From positions 1 to 49,147 of the forward strand of contig CAIUOD010000001.1 of assembly GCA_903900775.1 (NCBI GenBank): a stretch of DNA of 49,147 nt, given 5' to 3'. The DNA is from Candidatus Adlerbacteria bacterium. Lineage in GTDB: Bacteria; Patescibacteriota; Minisyncoccia; Phycocordibacterales; SBAW01. Positions 26,848 to 36,328 of this stretch are shown piece after piece; the first letter of the stretch is position 1; every line of letters starts with the position of its first letter. Under the pieces are notes generated by a model. The model did not search any database. It saw only the letters and a list, made by a program, of their open reading frames with translations, and had not been told where the DNA came from. The translations under genes were made by a program, and so were the position numbers.

Positions 26848-28518
26848 ATGCCCCGCTCATTCTTATCCGTCGTTGGCCGCGAAGTGAGGGGCGTCCATCA
26901 GGCGGCATACGTCTTAGCGGGTTTTGCATTGTGTTCCCAATTGCTCGCGCTCTTGCGCGATAGGTTGCTCGCGGCCTCCTTTGGCGCCTCGCATACGCTC
27001 GATGTGTATTACGCGGCGTTCCGCGTCCCGGACCTGCTCTTTGCAACCGTTGCTTCGCTCCTCTCGCTCTACGCGCTCTTGCCGGTTCTCTCGCGCCTCG
27101 AGCGCGGGCATGAAGGGCAGATGGTCTCGTTCCTCGAACAGATCCTCCTTTTCTTTTTTGTGGGCATGGGTATGGTCGCCGCAGTAGCATGGATTTTTGC
27201 ACCCTGGCTCGCCACATTGATAGCGCCGGGGGTCTCTGGTTCTGGACTTGTCTTGCTCATGCGCATTCTCTTACTCCAACCAATCTTTTTGGGTGCCTCC
27301 AATATTCTTGCCTCGCTCACCCAGTTGCGCCACCGTTTCTTTCTCTACTCGCTCTCACCGGTGCTCTACAACCTCGGCATTATATTCGGCGTCGTCGTGC
27401 TCTATCCGCACCTGGGGCTCGCGGGCTTAGGCTGGGGCGTCGTGTTGGGCGCACTCCTGCATGCGGGGATACAAGTGCCGGCGTTCTTGGTAGAGAAATC
27501 CGAGCGCCTGCCCGCCTCGGCGGTGTGGAAGGATTTGCGTTTCGTTTTGGGGCTCTCGGTGCCGCGCACGCTGGCTTTGGCGGCCAACCAAATATCGCTC
27601 ATCGCGCTTACCTTTTTTGCCTCACTTCTCTCGACTGGTTCTATTGCCGTTTTAACTTTTGCCTACAATTTACAAGCCGTGCCACTCACCATCATTGGCG
27701 TCTCGTATTCGGTCGCGGCCTTCCCAACACTCTCGCGGCTCCATGCGGCAGGGGAGCGCATACAATTTGGGGAATATTTGGAGACGGCGCTCCGGCACAT
27801 CTTTTTTTGGTGTATACCGGCGACTATCTTCACCATCGTACTGCGCGCGCAATTGGTGCGGGTTATTTTGGGCGCAGGCGCGTTTAGTTGGGCGGCCACA
27901 CGGCTCACGGCCGCGGCACTCGCGCTCATGGTGATTTCTTTAGCGGCGCAGTCGGCGGCCTTCCTTATTGCGCGGGCCTACTATGCGGCAGGCGATAGCC
28001 GCAAACCGCTCTACTGGGGTGTTATTACTGTCGTTGTCTCTATCGCTTCTGCTCTTCTCTTTATTTTCCTCTTTCACGAAAACACTTTTGCGCGTAATTT
28101 TTTGGAGTCGCTCTTGCGCGTGAGCGATATCCCCGGCACGACGGTGCTCATGCTTGCTGCGGCGTATGCACTCGGCGCTATGGTGGGGTTTATGGTCGCG
28201 ATGACTGTTTTCGTGCGCGACTTTGCACTGCCAACTGAGCGAATAAAAAAACTATGCTTCCAAAGTTTTGCGGCCTCGGTTATTGGTGCGGGCGGCAGTT
28301 ATTTGGTGCTCGCGGCAACTGGCACCGCCGGCTCGGTCGACACAACACTCGGGCTGATACTGCAAGGGCTTTTGGCGGGAAGCCTGGGGCTCGCTATCAC
28401 CGGCTTCGTATTGGTCTTGCTTAAAAATCAGGAAATTACCGAGGCCGGTGAGGCATTCCGAAAGCGCTTTACGGCCAAATCTGCCGTGCCCGTCGAGGCC
28501 ACCGATGTGTCGTCATAA
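26848..28518 (+). CDS. murJ: Lipid II flippase MurJ (MviN)
   Basis: SQLLALLRDRLLA..FGA...DVYYAAFRVPD, PVLYNLGII, AAFPTLS. Confidence 0.9.
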   Translation: MPRSFLSVVGREVRGVHQAAYVLAGFALCSQLLALLRDRLLAASFGASHTLDVYYAAFRVPDLLFATVASLLSLYALLPVLSRLERGHEGQMVSFLEQILLFFFVGMGMVAAVAWIFAPWLATLIAPGVSGSGLVLLMRILLLQPIFLGASNILASLTQLRHRFFLYSLSPVLYNLGIIFGVVVLYPHLGLAGLGWGVVLGALLHAGIQVPAFLVEKSERLPASAVWKDLRFVLGLSVPRTLALAANQISLIALTFFASLLSTGSIAVLTFAYNLQAVPLTIIGVSYSVAAFPTLSRLHAAGERIQFGEYLETALRHIFFWCIPATIFTIVLRAQLVRVILGAGAFSWAATRLTAAALALMVISLAAQSAAFLIARAYYAAGDSRKPLYWGVITVVVSIASALLFIFLFHENTFARNFLESLLRVSDIPGTTVLMLAAAYALGAMVGFMVAMTVFVRDFALPTERIKKLCFQSFAASVIGAGGSYLVLAATGTAGSVDTTLGLILQGLLAGSLGLAITGFVLVLLKNQEITEAGEAFRKRFTAKSAVPVEATDVSS

Positions 28519-28544
28519 CGAGCCAGAAATGCTAAAGTGGGTCG

Positions 28545-30392
28545 GTGCAGATACGTAATTTCTCCATAATCGCCCATATAGACCACGGCAAGTCGACTTT
28601 GGCCGACCGCTTTTTGGAACTGACTGGCACGATAGAAAAACGGAAGATGCGCGAGCAAGTGCTCGACTCGATGGAGCTTGAGCGCGAGCGCGGCATCACG
28701 ATAAAAATGCAGCCCGTCAGGATGATATATCATCCTGACAATAAAGAAGGGGATGCTTCTTTTCTACTCAACTTGATAGACACACCGGGGCATATCGACT
28801 TTGCCTACGAAGTCTCGCGCGCGCTCACGGCCGTCGAGGGTGCGATTCTCTTGGTAGATGCGACCCAGGGTGTACAGGCGCAGACGCTCTCGGTTTTGCG
28901 CGCGGCACAAGAGCTCGGGCTCGTGGTGGTGCCGGCGCTCTCGAAGGTCGACTCGCCTCTGGCGCGTGTCGAGGAGGTGCGCGAACAGGTCGCCAAACTG
29001 TTGAGTATTGCTCCCGAGGACATTCTTTTGTGCTCGGGCCGAACAGGGGAGGGCGTCGAAGCGCTTCTTGAGGCGGTCATCGAAAAAATTCCACCTCCGA
29101 CAAATCTCCTTCCACAAAAGTCCTCGGGCCGCCCTTCGGGCTTCCAGACTTTTGCTACAGGAGATTCGTCTCCGCGTGGTCTAATTTTCGACTTTCAATA
29201 TTCTGATCACCAAGGCGTGATCATTTATTTACGTGTTTTCGAAGGGCATCTTAAAAAAGGCGACGCGCTCGAGTTTGCTGCCGGTGGGCGCGGCTTTAAT
29301 GCGCTCGAGGTGGGGACCTTTGCGCCGGCGCCTACGGCGCTCCCAGCTGGGCTCGGGGCAGGCGAGATCGGCTATGTGGTCACGGGTGTTAAAGAGCCAG
29401 GTTTGGCGCGCATCGGCGACACGGTGCGTGCTCGCGGTTCAAAAACACTACCTTTACCGGGCTTTGCACAGCCGAGCCCGGTGGTGTGGGCGAGCGTCTA
29501 CCCCGAGAGTCAGGACGGGTTCGTGGCGCTCCGCCAAGCGCTCTCGCGCCTACGCCTCTCGGACTCCTCGCTTTCGTTTGAGGAGGAGTCCTCGGGCATG
29601 CTCGGGCGGGGATTCCGCTGCGGATTCCTCGGTATGCTCCATCTCGAGATTGTCACCGAGCGCCTGCGCCGCGAATTTAGCCTCGGGCTAGTCGTCACCA
29701 CGCCGACCGTTACCTACGAAGTTGAATTAAAAAATGGCGAACGCAAAACGGTCTACAGCCCGGTGCAGTTCCCCGACTACGGCGACATTGCGCACGTCTG
29801 GGAGCCGTATGTCGAAGCCGAAATTCTTTTGCCGTCGCAGTATCTTGGCGCGCTTTCAAACCTCCTCTTCGCCCACGAGGCGGCAACCGAGTCGACCGAA
29901 AATTTCTCGACCGATCGCGTAAAAGTGCGCGCGGTGATGCCGCTGCGTGAGCTGATGCGCAACTTTTTCGATAAATTAAAAAGCGTCTCTCAAGGTTACG
30001 CCTCGGTTTCGTGGAGTCTGCGCGAGCTTCGCTCGGCCGAAGTCGCGCGGCTCGATGTGTTGGTTGCCGAGGAGCCGGTGCCGGCCTTTTGTCGCATCAT
30101 CGCGGTGCATCGTGCCGAAGAGGAGGCAAAAGCGGCGGTCGAGAAACTCTACACCATTTTACCGCGGCAAATGTTCACCACCAAAATCCAAGGCTTTGCT
30201 CTGGGCCGCATCATCTCGTCACGCACGCTCTCGGCTTTGAGCAAAGATGTTACCCAGCACATGTATGGCGGCGACATAACCCGCAAGATGAAACTGCGCG
30301 AGAAGCAAAAGAAGGGCAAGAAGAAAATGCGCGAGCGCGGCCGCGTCAACATCCCCGAGGAGGTCTTCCTCAAGATGGTGAAAAGCGACTAG
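28545..30392 (+). CDS. lepA: Elongation factor 4
   Basis: [48 protein letters not shown]; GTG start. Confidence 0.98.
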   Translation: MQIRNFSIIAHIDHGKSTLADRFLELTGTIEKRKMREQVLDSMELERERGITIKMQPVRMIYHPDNKEGDASFLLNLIDTPGHIDFAYEVSRALTAVEGAILLVDATQGVQAQTLSVLRAAQELGLVVVPALSKVDSPLARVEEVREQVAKLLSIAPEDILLCSGRTGEGVEALLEAVIEKIPPPTNLLPQKSSGRPSGFQTFATGDSSPRGLIFDFQYSDHQGVIIYLRVFEGHLKKGDALEFAAGGRGFNALEVGTFAPAPTALPAGLGAGEIGYVVTGVKEPGLARIGDTVRARGSKTLPLPGFAQPSPVVWASVYPESQDGFVALRQALSRLRLSDSSLSFEEESSGMLGRGFRCGFLGMLHLEIVTERLRREFSLGLVVTTPTVTYEVELKNGERKTVYSPVQFPDYGDIAHVWEPYVEAEILLPSQYLGALSNLLFAHEAATESTENFSTDRVKVRAVMPLRELMRNFFDKLKSVSQGYASVSWSLRELRSAEVARLDVLVAEEPVPAFCRIIAVHRAEEEAKAAVEKLYTILPRQMFTTKIQGFALGRIISSRTLSALSKDVTQHMYGGDITRKMKLREKQKKGKKKMRERGRVNIPEEVFLKMVKSD

Positions 30393-30393
30393 C

Positions 30394-30498
30394 TTAAAAA
30401 AGCAACGAGAAGTAGGCCGCGAGCATGCTCACAATAACGGCGATTGCCAACACCCAGGTGAGGATCCGCAGGTATCGTTGATGATTTTTCCCAAACAT
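30394..30498 (-). CDS. 34-aa single-TM protein (below the ORF-track cut-off)
   Basis: MFGKNHQRYLRILTWVLAIAVIVSMLAAYFSLLF* fills the gap between lepA and the septum-initiator-like gene. Confidence 0.55.
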   Translation of the reverse strand: MFGKNHQRYLRILTWVLAIAVIVSMLAAYFSLLF

Positions 30499-30517
30499 AT
30501 GTTGTACACTAGCATAT

Positions 30518-30910
30518 ATGCGCGAGTTTAAAAAGCGCCGCAGTCGTCACGGAGAGTACCTCTATGTAGGGGCGCGCACCCTGGGTGTTGTGGCCCTTTT
30601 TATCATCACCATAGCCGCCGCGCGGGCGGCGTGGGGGATGTATGGCAAGCTCGCCGAGGCAACTCAAGGCCAAGAAGAAGCCCAAGGACAACTCGCGACT
30701 CTGGAGGGCCAAAAAGCCTCGGTGACCACCTCAATACACGATCTTTCATCTGATCGTGGGCTCGAGTCCCAGGTCCGGGAGCGCTACGACCTCGCGCGCC
30801 CCGGGGAGGGCGAGATAGATATTGTCGAAGATTCATCCAGCAGTGCCGTGAGCTCTACACCTCCACCGAGCCCTTGGCACCGCCTCATAAGCGCGCTCTT
30901 CGGGTGGTAG
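30518..30910 (+). CDS. Septum formation initiator family (FtsB/DivIC-like)
   Basis: Basic N-terminus, one TM, coiled coil, then E..VRERYDLARPGE. Confidence 0.75.
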   Translation: MREFKKRRSRHGEYLYVGARTLGVVALFIITIAAARAAWGMYGKLAEATQGQEEAQGQLATLEGQKASVTTSIHDLSSDRGLESQVRERYDLARPGEGEIDIVEDSSSSAVSSTPPPSPWHRLISALFGW

Positions 30911-30950
30911 TGCCGTGCACTGCGAAGCTCCCGACTAGGGAGCGAAGTAG

Positions 30951-31021
30951 TGCGGATAGGGAGAATCGAACTCCCGCCCGGTGCTTGGGAAGCACCTGTT
31001 CTGCCACTAAACTATATCCGC
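30951..31021 (-). tRNA. tRNA-Gly(CCC)
   Basis: GCGGATA acceptor, GGTGC-TTCCCAA-GCACC anticodon arm, GTTCGATTC; CCA not encoded. Confidence 0.95.
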
Positions 31022-31081
31022 GTTTGCTCACGCATTATGCTATACTATTGTGCACCTACTAACAACTAATCATCCTGCGGT

Positions 31082-31324
31082 ATGGCAAAAAACGTCACCA
31101 TTTATTCGACCCCGACCTGTCACTTTTGCCACATGGCAAAAGAGTTCTTCGCGGAGAAAAATATCACCTACACAGCCTATGATGTCGCGGCCGACGCCGA
31201 TAAACGCGCCGAAATGATGAAATTGACGGGCCAAATGGGCGTGCCGGTCATCGTCATCGACAATCAAGTTTTGGTCGGCTTCGACCGCGAAAAAGTCGCC
31301 GCCCAATTGGGGGTTGAGGCGTAG
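31082..31324 (+). CDS. Glutaredoxin-like protein (NrdH/YruB type)
   Basis: YSTPTCHFC, GQMGVPVI, VGFD. Confidence 0.92.
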   Translation: MAKNVTIYSTPTCHFCHMAKEFFAEKNITYTAYDVAADADKRAEMMKLTGQMGVPVIVIDNQVLVGFDREKVAAQLGVEA

Positions 31325-31349
31325 ATTCGGCTCTTTTACTTAGATAAAG

Positions 31350-31379
31350 AAAGCCGCCTGCTACGTAGCAGGCGGCTTT
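31350..31379. terminator. 30-bp perfect palindrome; probable terminator between convergent genes
   Basis: AAAGCCGCCTGCTAC/GTAGCAGGCGGCTTT. Confidence 0.75.
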
Positions 31380-32182
31380 GAGGTGATCTCCTTGTCGGCA
31401 ATGTCGAGCATTGCCGCGAGACCTGAGATGAGACAGAGCTGTTGAGCCGGGGCGTCGAGATTGTGGCATCCGAGGTCGTGTCCTTCACCTTTACCCCGAG
31501 TCCACCAATCCATAGTGTCCAGGCTGCAGGCGTTGCCGACGCAATTAAGGAAGAACGCGCCGTTCTCGCGGAAGTGCGCGCGGAAGTCACCGTAAGGGTT
31601 CGGCCCCTTCTGCTTCCTTACCTTAAAGACACCCATGGTGTTCCAGGCTAAGAACATCGCTTCCTCAACTTCTTCGAGTCGGTCGCGGTTTGTGTAGACG
31701 CCCTCGACCCAGTCGGCGAGTGCGGGCGATGCGGTACCCCCAAGTGGGGCGGCATGGAATCCACCTTTAATGTCCACAAAGCCTTGGAGCTCTACGAGTT
31801 GGAAGCGATTGGGATCCGACGGAGATTCTTCCTTGAGAAAGTCCTTTACGAATTCAGAACAGGAATAGAGGATCCCGAGCAGGATTTCGAAGCTTACCGC
31901 GGTAATATCCTGCCTACGGAGCAGCGGCGCCCGGAGTATCAGATATCCGTTTTCGATTCCGGCGGCACTCATTGCCCCGTTGAAACCGAAACCTTGGCGC
32001 AGATTTGGTTCCCAGCTCTTAAATCTCCATTGTGCTTGGATATCAGGTATGCCTCGGTGCATAGCTAAGATTCTCGAAAGTTGGTCGACGCATGGCTCCC
32101 AGATTGCCACGCGGATAGCGGGCGGATCGCTCCTCTCGAACGAGAAGGAGAACCGCCGCCGTTCGTTCTCGTATTTAAGCAC
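31361..32182 (-). CDS. Hypothetical protein (273 aa), stand-alone gene
   Basis: Long ORF; GTG 32182 lies 8 nt after SD AGGAG and downstream of a consensus promoter. Confidence 0.7.
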   Translation of the reverse strand: MLKYENERRRFSFSFERSDPPAIRVAIWEPCVDQLSRILAMHRGIPDIQAQWRFKSWEPNLRQGFGFNGAMSAAGIENGYLILRAPLLRRQDITAVSFEILLGILYSCSEFVKDFLKEESPSDPNRFQLVELQGFVDIKGGFHAAPLGGTASPALADWVEGVYTNRDRLEEVEEAMFLAWNTMGVFKVRKQKGPNPYGDFRAHFRENGAFFLNCVGNACSLDTMDWWTRGKGEGHDLGCHNLDAPAQQLCLISGLAAMLDIADKEITSKPPAT

Positions 32183-32216
32183 GGTACCGTCTCCTCTTGA
32201 GGTTGATCTGCCTGGG

Positions 32217-32245
32217 ATAGTAGGTGAGAAGTATATAAAAGTCAA
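32217..32245 (-). promoter_or_regulatory. Sigma70-type promoter
   Basis: TTGACT-N17-TACTAT on the minus strand. Confidence 0.65.
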
Positions 32246-32258
32246 AAAAATAAACCAG

Positions 32259-32330
32259 TGCCCTCGGCAGGAATCGAACCCACATCAACCCCTTAGGACG
32301 GGGCTGTTCTATCCATTGAACTACGAGGGC
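32259..32330 (-). tRNA. tRNA-Arg(CCT)
   Basis: GCCCTCG acceptor, GCCCC-GTCCTAA-GGGGT anticodon arm, GGTTCGATTCC. Confidence 0.93.
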
Positions 32331-32407
32331 TTGCCCGCCTTGGGCCGGGCCTGCGCGCCAGGGCGGCAGTGGATAAACGCTAACACTATTCTGCTAGAAT
32401 AAAAAGC

Positions 32408-32731
32408 ATGGACGACGACATAGTAGAATTAAAAGCGCAGATGAAGCAGGTGCTCGCGATGACCGAAGACACCAATCACATCGTGCGCGGCATGCGCCGC
32501 TCGCAACGCTGGGGCAGATTTCTCCAGGTGCTATGGTGGCTTTTGGTCATAGCCATCTCGGGCGCCGCCTATTATTACTATCTCGCGCCCTATGTCGGTA
32601 AATTAGAAGGGCTCTATTCTCAAATCGAAGGTACAACTGGACAAGTCCCCACCTGGAACACCAATCTGCAGCAATTTTTAGACCGGCTCGCGCCGCCGGG
32701 GACGGCGGCACCCCATACGCCCTCGGTATAG
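32408..32731 (+). CDS. Single-TM hypothetical protein
   Basis: 107-aa ORF with an N-terminal helix and one TM segment. Confidence 0.75.
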   Translation: MDDDIVELKAQMKQVLAMTEDTNHIVRGMRRSQRWGRFLQVLWWLLVIAISGAAYYYYLAPYVGKLEGLYSQIEGTTGQVPTWNTNLQQFLDRLAPPGTAAPHTPSV

Positions 32732-32786
32732 AAAAACCGATGTCGCCGTGCTAGTATGGGCGAGCGCTTTGATAAAATAGCGCACT

Positions 32787-32859
32787 GCTCGGGTAGCTCA
32801 GTTGGTAGAGCATTTCCCTGAAGAGGAAGGGGTCGCCGGTTCGAGCCCGGCCCCGAGCA
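32787..32859 (+). tRNA. tRNA-Phe(GAA)
   Basis: GCTCGGG acceptor, TAGCTCAGTTGGTAGAGC D-arm, CTGAAGA loop, GGTTCGAGCCC. Confidence 0.95.
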
Positions 32860-32867
32860 CACAGAAA

Positions 32868-33371
32868 CTAATTTGATTTGACCTTGAGTTTAGCTTGGCG
32901 GCCTTTGTCGAGCTTGGGGAGCCGGATGATGAGCAAGCCGTGCTTCTCGGTCGCTTCGGCCTCTTCAATCTCAACCTCTTGCGGCAAAACGATCGTGCGC
33001 GAGAAAGCGCCCCAATATAATTCTTGGAAGAAAAAGTCGCCGCTCGTGCCTTCGGTGTGTTTCTCGCGCTTGCCGCGCAGGGTCACCAAATCGCGGGTGA
33101 TGGAGACATCGAGATCCTCGGGCTTTACGCCCGCTATCATGGCCTTGATGACGATGTGGGTCGGGGTTTGATAGACATCAACGGCCAATTCGCCTTCGGG
33201 TTCGCGCTCTTCTTCGACCGTGTCGCGTCGCTCGCGGGGGAGGGTCGTGGGGAGTGTGGCTTTGGCGCCGTAGGCCGAGCCGCCGGTCTCGAGATCGTCA
33301 AAAGCAAAATCGTCCCCGGCGCTTGAGCCGCCAGTGAGCCATTCAAAAAGTGATCGTTTTTCTTTTGCCAT
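32868..33371 (-). CDS. Hsp20/alpha-crystallin small heat-shock protein
   Basis: LAVDVYQT, ELYWGAFSRTIVLP, GLLIIRLPK. Confidence 0.92.
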   Translation of the reverse strand: MAKEKRSLFEWLTGGSSAGDDFAFDDLETGGSAYGAKATLPTTLPRERRDTVEEEREPEGELAVDVYQTPTHIVIKAMIAGVKPEDLDVSITRDLVTLRGKREKHTEGTSGDFFFQELYWGAFSRTIVLPQEVEIEEAEATEKHGLLIIRLPKLDKGRQAKLKVKSN

Positions 33372-33379
33372 GATCTATA

Positions 33380-34060
33380 TTAGCGATAATCTTTACCGGG
33401 CTCTTTAATTCTCTCTGCCAAGAGCAGGGTGACGATGATAAAAAGCCACAGTGCGACGAATGTTGCGAACATCACGCCGCCTCCACCCAGTATAAAAAAA
33501 TTAAAACAAGCATGCAATGTTGCCGCGAGGATAACTCCCCAAAATGCGGCCCAACGTCTCGCGCGCGCAGGCTTATAAAAGGCGAAACCCATGGCAAAAC
33601 CGACGGTCGCTGAAGCCAAGATGTGCAGAAGCATTGCGCCCATAAAGCGCAGATCGCCGACCAGTACGCTATGGAGCGCGTCGCCCTGATAGAGCGGGGT
33701 GAAGAGAAAAAGCGCGTTCTCAAGCGCCGAGAAGCCCAGGGCCGCCGTGACCATATAGATGACGGCGTCCAGTGGCTCGTCGAAGACCTTGGCGCGCAGA
33801 GCAACTATGTACGCGGCGCCGAATTTAAAAAGCTCTTCAAGCAATGCCCATACGACAATGAGCCCAAAACCGGCTACATATTGCGCCGCGAACTCTTCGA
33901 CCGGTAAAACCAATGGCACCGCGAGCATGCCCGCCAGAAAGGTAAAGAAGATATAGCGCTTCGGCTCGGGCTGATATTTGTCCTCCATCAGCCAGAAAAA
34001 GAGCCAAACGAAAGCTGGCAACATGCCGCCCAAAAACGCGATTAAAATGACCAGCGCCAC
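33380..34060 (-). CDS. PrsW-family intramembrane metalloprotease
   Basis: EELFK, FDEPLD, GFSALEN, H...LHACFN. Confidence 0.9.
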   Translation of the reverse strand: MALVILIAFLGGMLPAFVWLFFWLMEDKYQPEPKRYIFFTFLAGMLAVPLVLPVEEFAAQYVAGFGLIVVWALLEELFKFGAAYIVALRAKVFDEPLDAVIYMVTAALGFSALENALFLFTPLYQGDALHSVLVGDLRFMGAMLLHILASATVGFAMGFAFYKPARARRWAAFWGVILAATLHACFNFFILGGGGVMFATFVALWLFIIVTLLLAERIKEPGKDYR

Positions 34061-34087
34061 GCATTTAGTATACCGCCTCTTTCTCTT

Positions 34088-36322
34088 TTACACCGGCCAG
34101 CGCTCGACCATGAGGAAATCGGTTCGAGCCGGCATGGCATCCCAGATTTCTTCGGTCACGAACGGCATAAAGGGGTGGAGCACTTTTAATGAGTCGGTGA
34201 GTATCGAGATGAGCAATTTTTTGCGAGAGGCAACTTCCTCTAGCGTGCCCGTTTTTACTATCGGCTTGCTGTCCTCGAGCAGTGAGCTTGCAAACACATC
34301 CCATATGTAGTGATAGATTTTTTCGGCCGCCAGGTAGATGCGATATTCTTCGAGATCGTTGGTGATATCAAATGCAATCGCATCAAACTGTTCGCGATAC
34401 TCCGCATCGCGCGCGGTATACAGGATGTTCATGTCGGCATCTCCTGCATTCTCCAGCACAAAACGCGCGATGTTCCAGAGTTTGTTGGCAAAGAGTTTAT
34501 ATCCTTTTATTTTCTGCTCATCGAATTTAACATCGCTCCCAATAGCCGAACCCACGACGAGCCCCATGCGCAGGGCGTCGGCGCCGTATTTCTCAATCAT
34601 GTCGAGCGGGTCGACGCCATTGTTCAGTGATTTGCTGAATTTGCGCCCATCTTTGGCGCGCACGAGCCCGTGTATCATCACTTTTTTAAACGGCACCTGC
34701 CCCAGATGGAAGGCGCTCATCAGTATCATGCGCGAGACCCACAGCTGGAGGATTTCGTAGGCCGGCGACATAAACGAGGTGGGGTGGAATTGTTTAAGGT
34801 CGGGGGTCTCCTCCGGCCAGCCGAGGGTCGAGAAGGTCCACAATGCGGAAGAGAACCACGTGTCCAACACGTCCGGGTCTTGTTGCCAGTGTTCGCCTTG
34901 AGGCGACTCGACGTCGCAATAAGCTTCAGTTTCTTGCGGCCTGCCTTGATCATCAACCGAGCGATACCACACCGGGATGCGATGTCCGAACCATATCTGC
35001 CGGCTGATGCACCAGTCGTGCAGATTTTCGATCCAGTGGAAGTACGTCTTGCGGAATCCTTCTTGCGGCATATCAACCGCGCCGCTTTCGACCGCCGCCA
35101 TCATTAATTTTTTGAGTGTCGTTGTGCTCCCACTTTCGATGCCGGGGATTTCAGAGTGGGGGATGGTGAAGGGCGTGTCCACCGCGATGAACCACTGCTC
35201 CATAATTTGCGGCTCGACGATGGCACCCGTGCGCTCCGAGGTGGCGACATTGTGCAGATACTCCTCATCAATTTTTTCTACCAGGCCTTTGCTCGCCAAT
35301 TTTTCGACAATTTTTTCGCGCGCGTCTGCAATCTTCATGCCCACAAATTCGCCCGCGATGGGTAGGAGCTTGCCGTAGCGGTCGATAATCTGCTCACGGT
35401 CGAGTTCGCGGCGGTTGGCGATCTCGAAATCGATTTGCGAATGCCAGGGCGTGATCGTCATAACGCCGGTGCCGAACTCGCGGTCCACACTTTCGTCTTT
35501 GATAATCGTCGCGGTGATGGGGCCGTTGATCCACTCGAGCTCGATGGTCTGGCCGTCGGTATATTGTGCGTAGCGGCCATCGTCGGGATGCATCACGACA
35601 TACTTGTCGCCAAACTTTGTCTCGGGCCGCGAAGTGCCGATAATGAATGGCCCGTATTTGAAGTAATAAAATTTACCTTTCTCTTCCTGGTAGACAATCT
35701 CATCGTCCGAGATGGTGGTCTGGCCCTTCGGATCCCAATTGACGATACGGTGGCCGCGATAAATGAGCCCGGCATCATACATCCGCTTAAAGGCCGTCAT
35801 GACTGCGCGGTTGCGCTTCAGGTCGAGCGTGTAGGCATAGCGCGACCAATCGAGTGAGGCGCCCATCCGGCGCACCTGGCCCAAAATAGTCTCTTCGCTA
35901 TTTTTGGCAAAGGCATAGACGCGCTTAACTAATTCTTCGCGGCCAAGATCGTGCCGCGTCTTGCCCTCTTCCTTTTGAATATTTTTTTCAACGCGCGCCT
36001 GGGTGGAGATGGCGGCCGAGTCGGTGCCGGGGATCCACAGTGCCGCTTTGCCGCGCATGCGCTGAAAGCGCACCACGATGTCTTGGAGCGAATCTTCGTA
36101 GGCGTGGCCGGCGTGCAATATGCCGGTCACGTTCGGCGGCGGCAGTACTATCGAAAAATACTCCTTCCGTTCACCGGCTTGCCCCTCGGAGCCTTGGCGC
36201 AGTGGGGGTAATTTGTCGGGATTAAAATAGCCGCTCTCCTCCCACCGCTTATAGAGCGCGCTTTCGCAGGCGCCGGGGTTGTAGGGCTTCTTAAATTTCT
36301 CCACATCGGCCATAGCGCCCAT
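34088..36322 (-). CDS. valS: Valine--tRNA ligase (short form lacking the C-terminal coiled-coil arm)
   Basis: PPPNVTG.LHAGH, DWCISRQIWFGH, DVLDTWFSS, KFSKS, LHPFMPFVTEEIW. Confidence 0.97.
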   Translation of the reverse strand: MGAMADVEKFKKPYNPGACESALYKRWEESGYFNPDKLPPLRQGSEGQAGERKEYFSIVLPPPNVTGILHAGHAYEDSLQDIVVRFQRMRGKAALWIPGTDSAAISTQARVEKNIQKEEGKTRHDLGREELVKRVYAFAKNSEETILGQVRRMGASLDWSRYAYTLDLKRNRAVMTAFKRMYDAGLIYRGHRIVNWDPKGQTTISDDEIVYQEEKGKFYYFKYGPFIIGTSRPETKFGDKYVVMHPDDGRYAQYTDGQTIELEWINGPITATIIKDESVDREFGTGVMTITPWHSQIDFEIANRRELDREQIIDRYGKLLPIAGEFVGMKIADAREKIVEKLASKGLVEKIDEEYLHNVATSERTGAIVEPQIMEQWFIAVDTPFTIPHSEIPGIESGSTTTLKKLMMAAVESGAVDMPQEGFRKTYFHWIENLHDWCISRQIWFGHRIPVWYRSVDDQGRPQETEAYCDVESPQGEHWQQDPDVLDTWFSSALWTFSTLGWPEETPDLKQFHPTSFMSPAYEILQLWVSRMILMSAFHLGQVPFKKVMIHGLVRAKDGRKFSKSLNNGVDPLDMIEKYGADALRMGLVVGSAIGSDVKFDEQKIKGYKLFANKLWNIARFVLENAGDADMNILYTARDAEYREQFDAIAFDITNDLEEYRIYLAAEKIYHYIWDVFASSLLEDSKPIVKTGTLEEVASRKKLLISILTDSLKVLHPFMPFVTEEIWDAMPARTDFLMVERWPV

Positions 36323-36328
36323 AATATG

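Noticed and set aside
31361-32182. Orphan gene as a remote DGR target
   Set aside because: Its 3' end shows no similarity to the TR. No second VR was noticed elsewhere in the window by eye.
34088-36322. valS as a truncated pseudogene
   Set aside because: All catalytic and anticodon-binding motifs are intact with a clean stop; only the C-terminal coiled-coil arm is missing.
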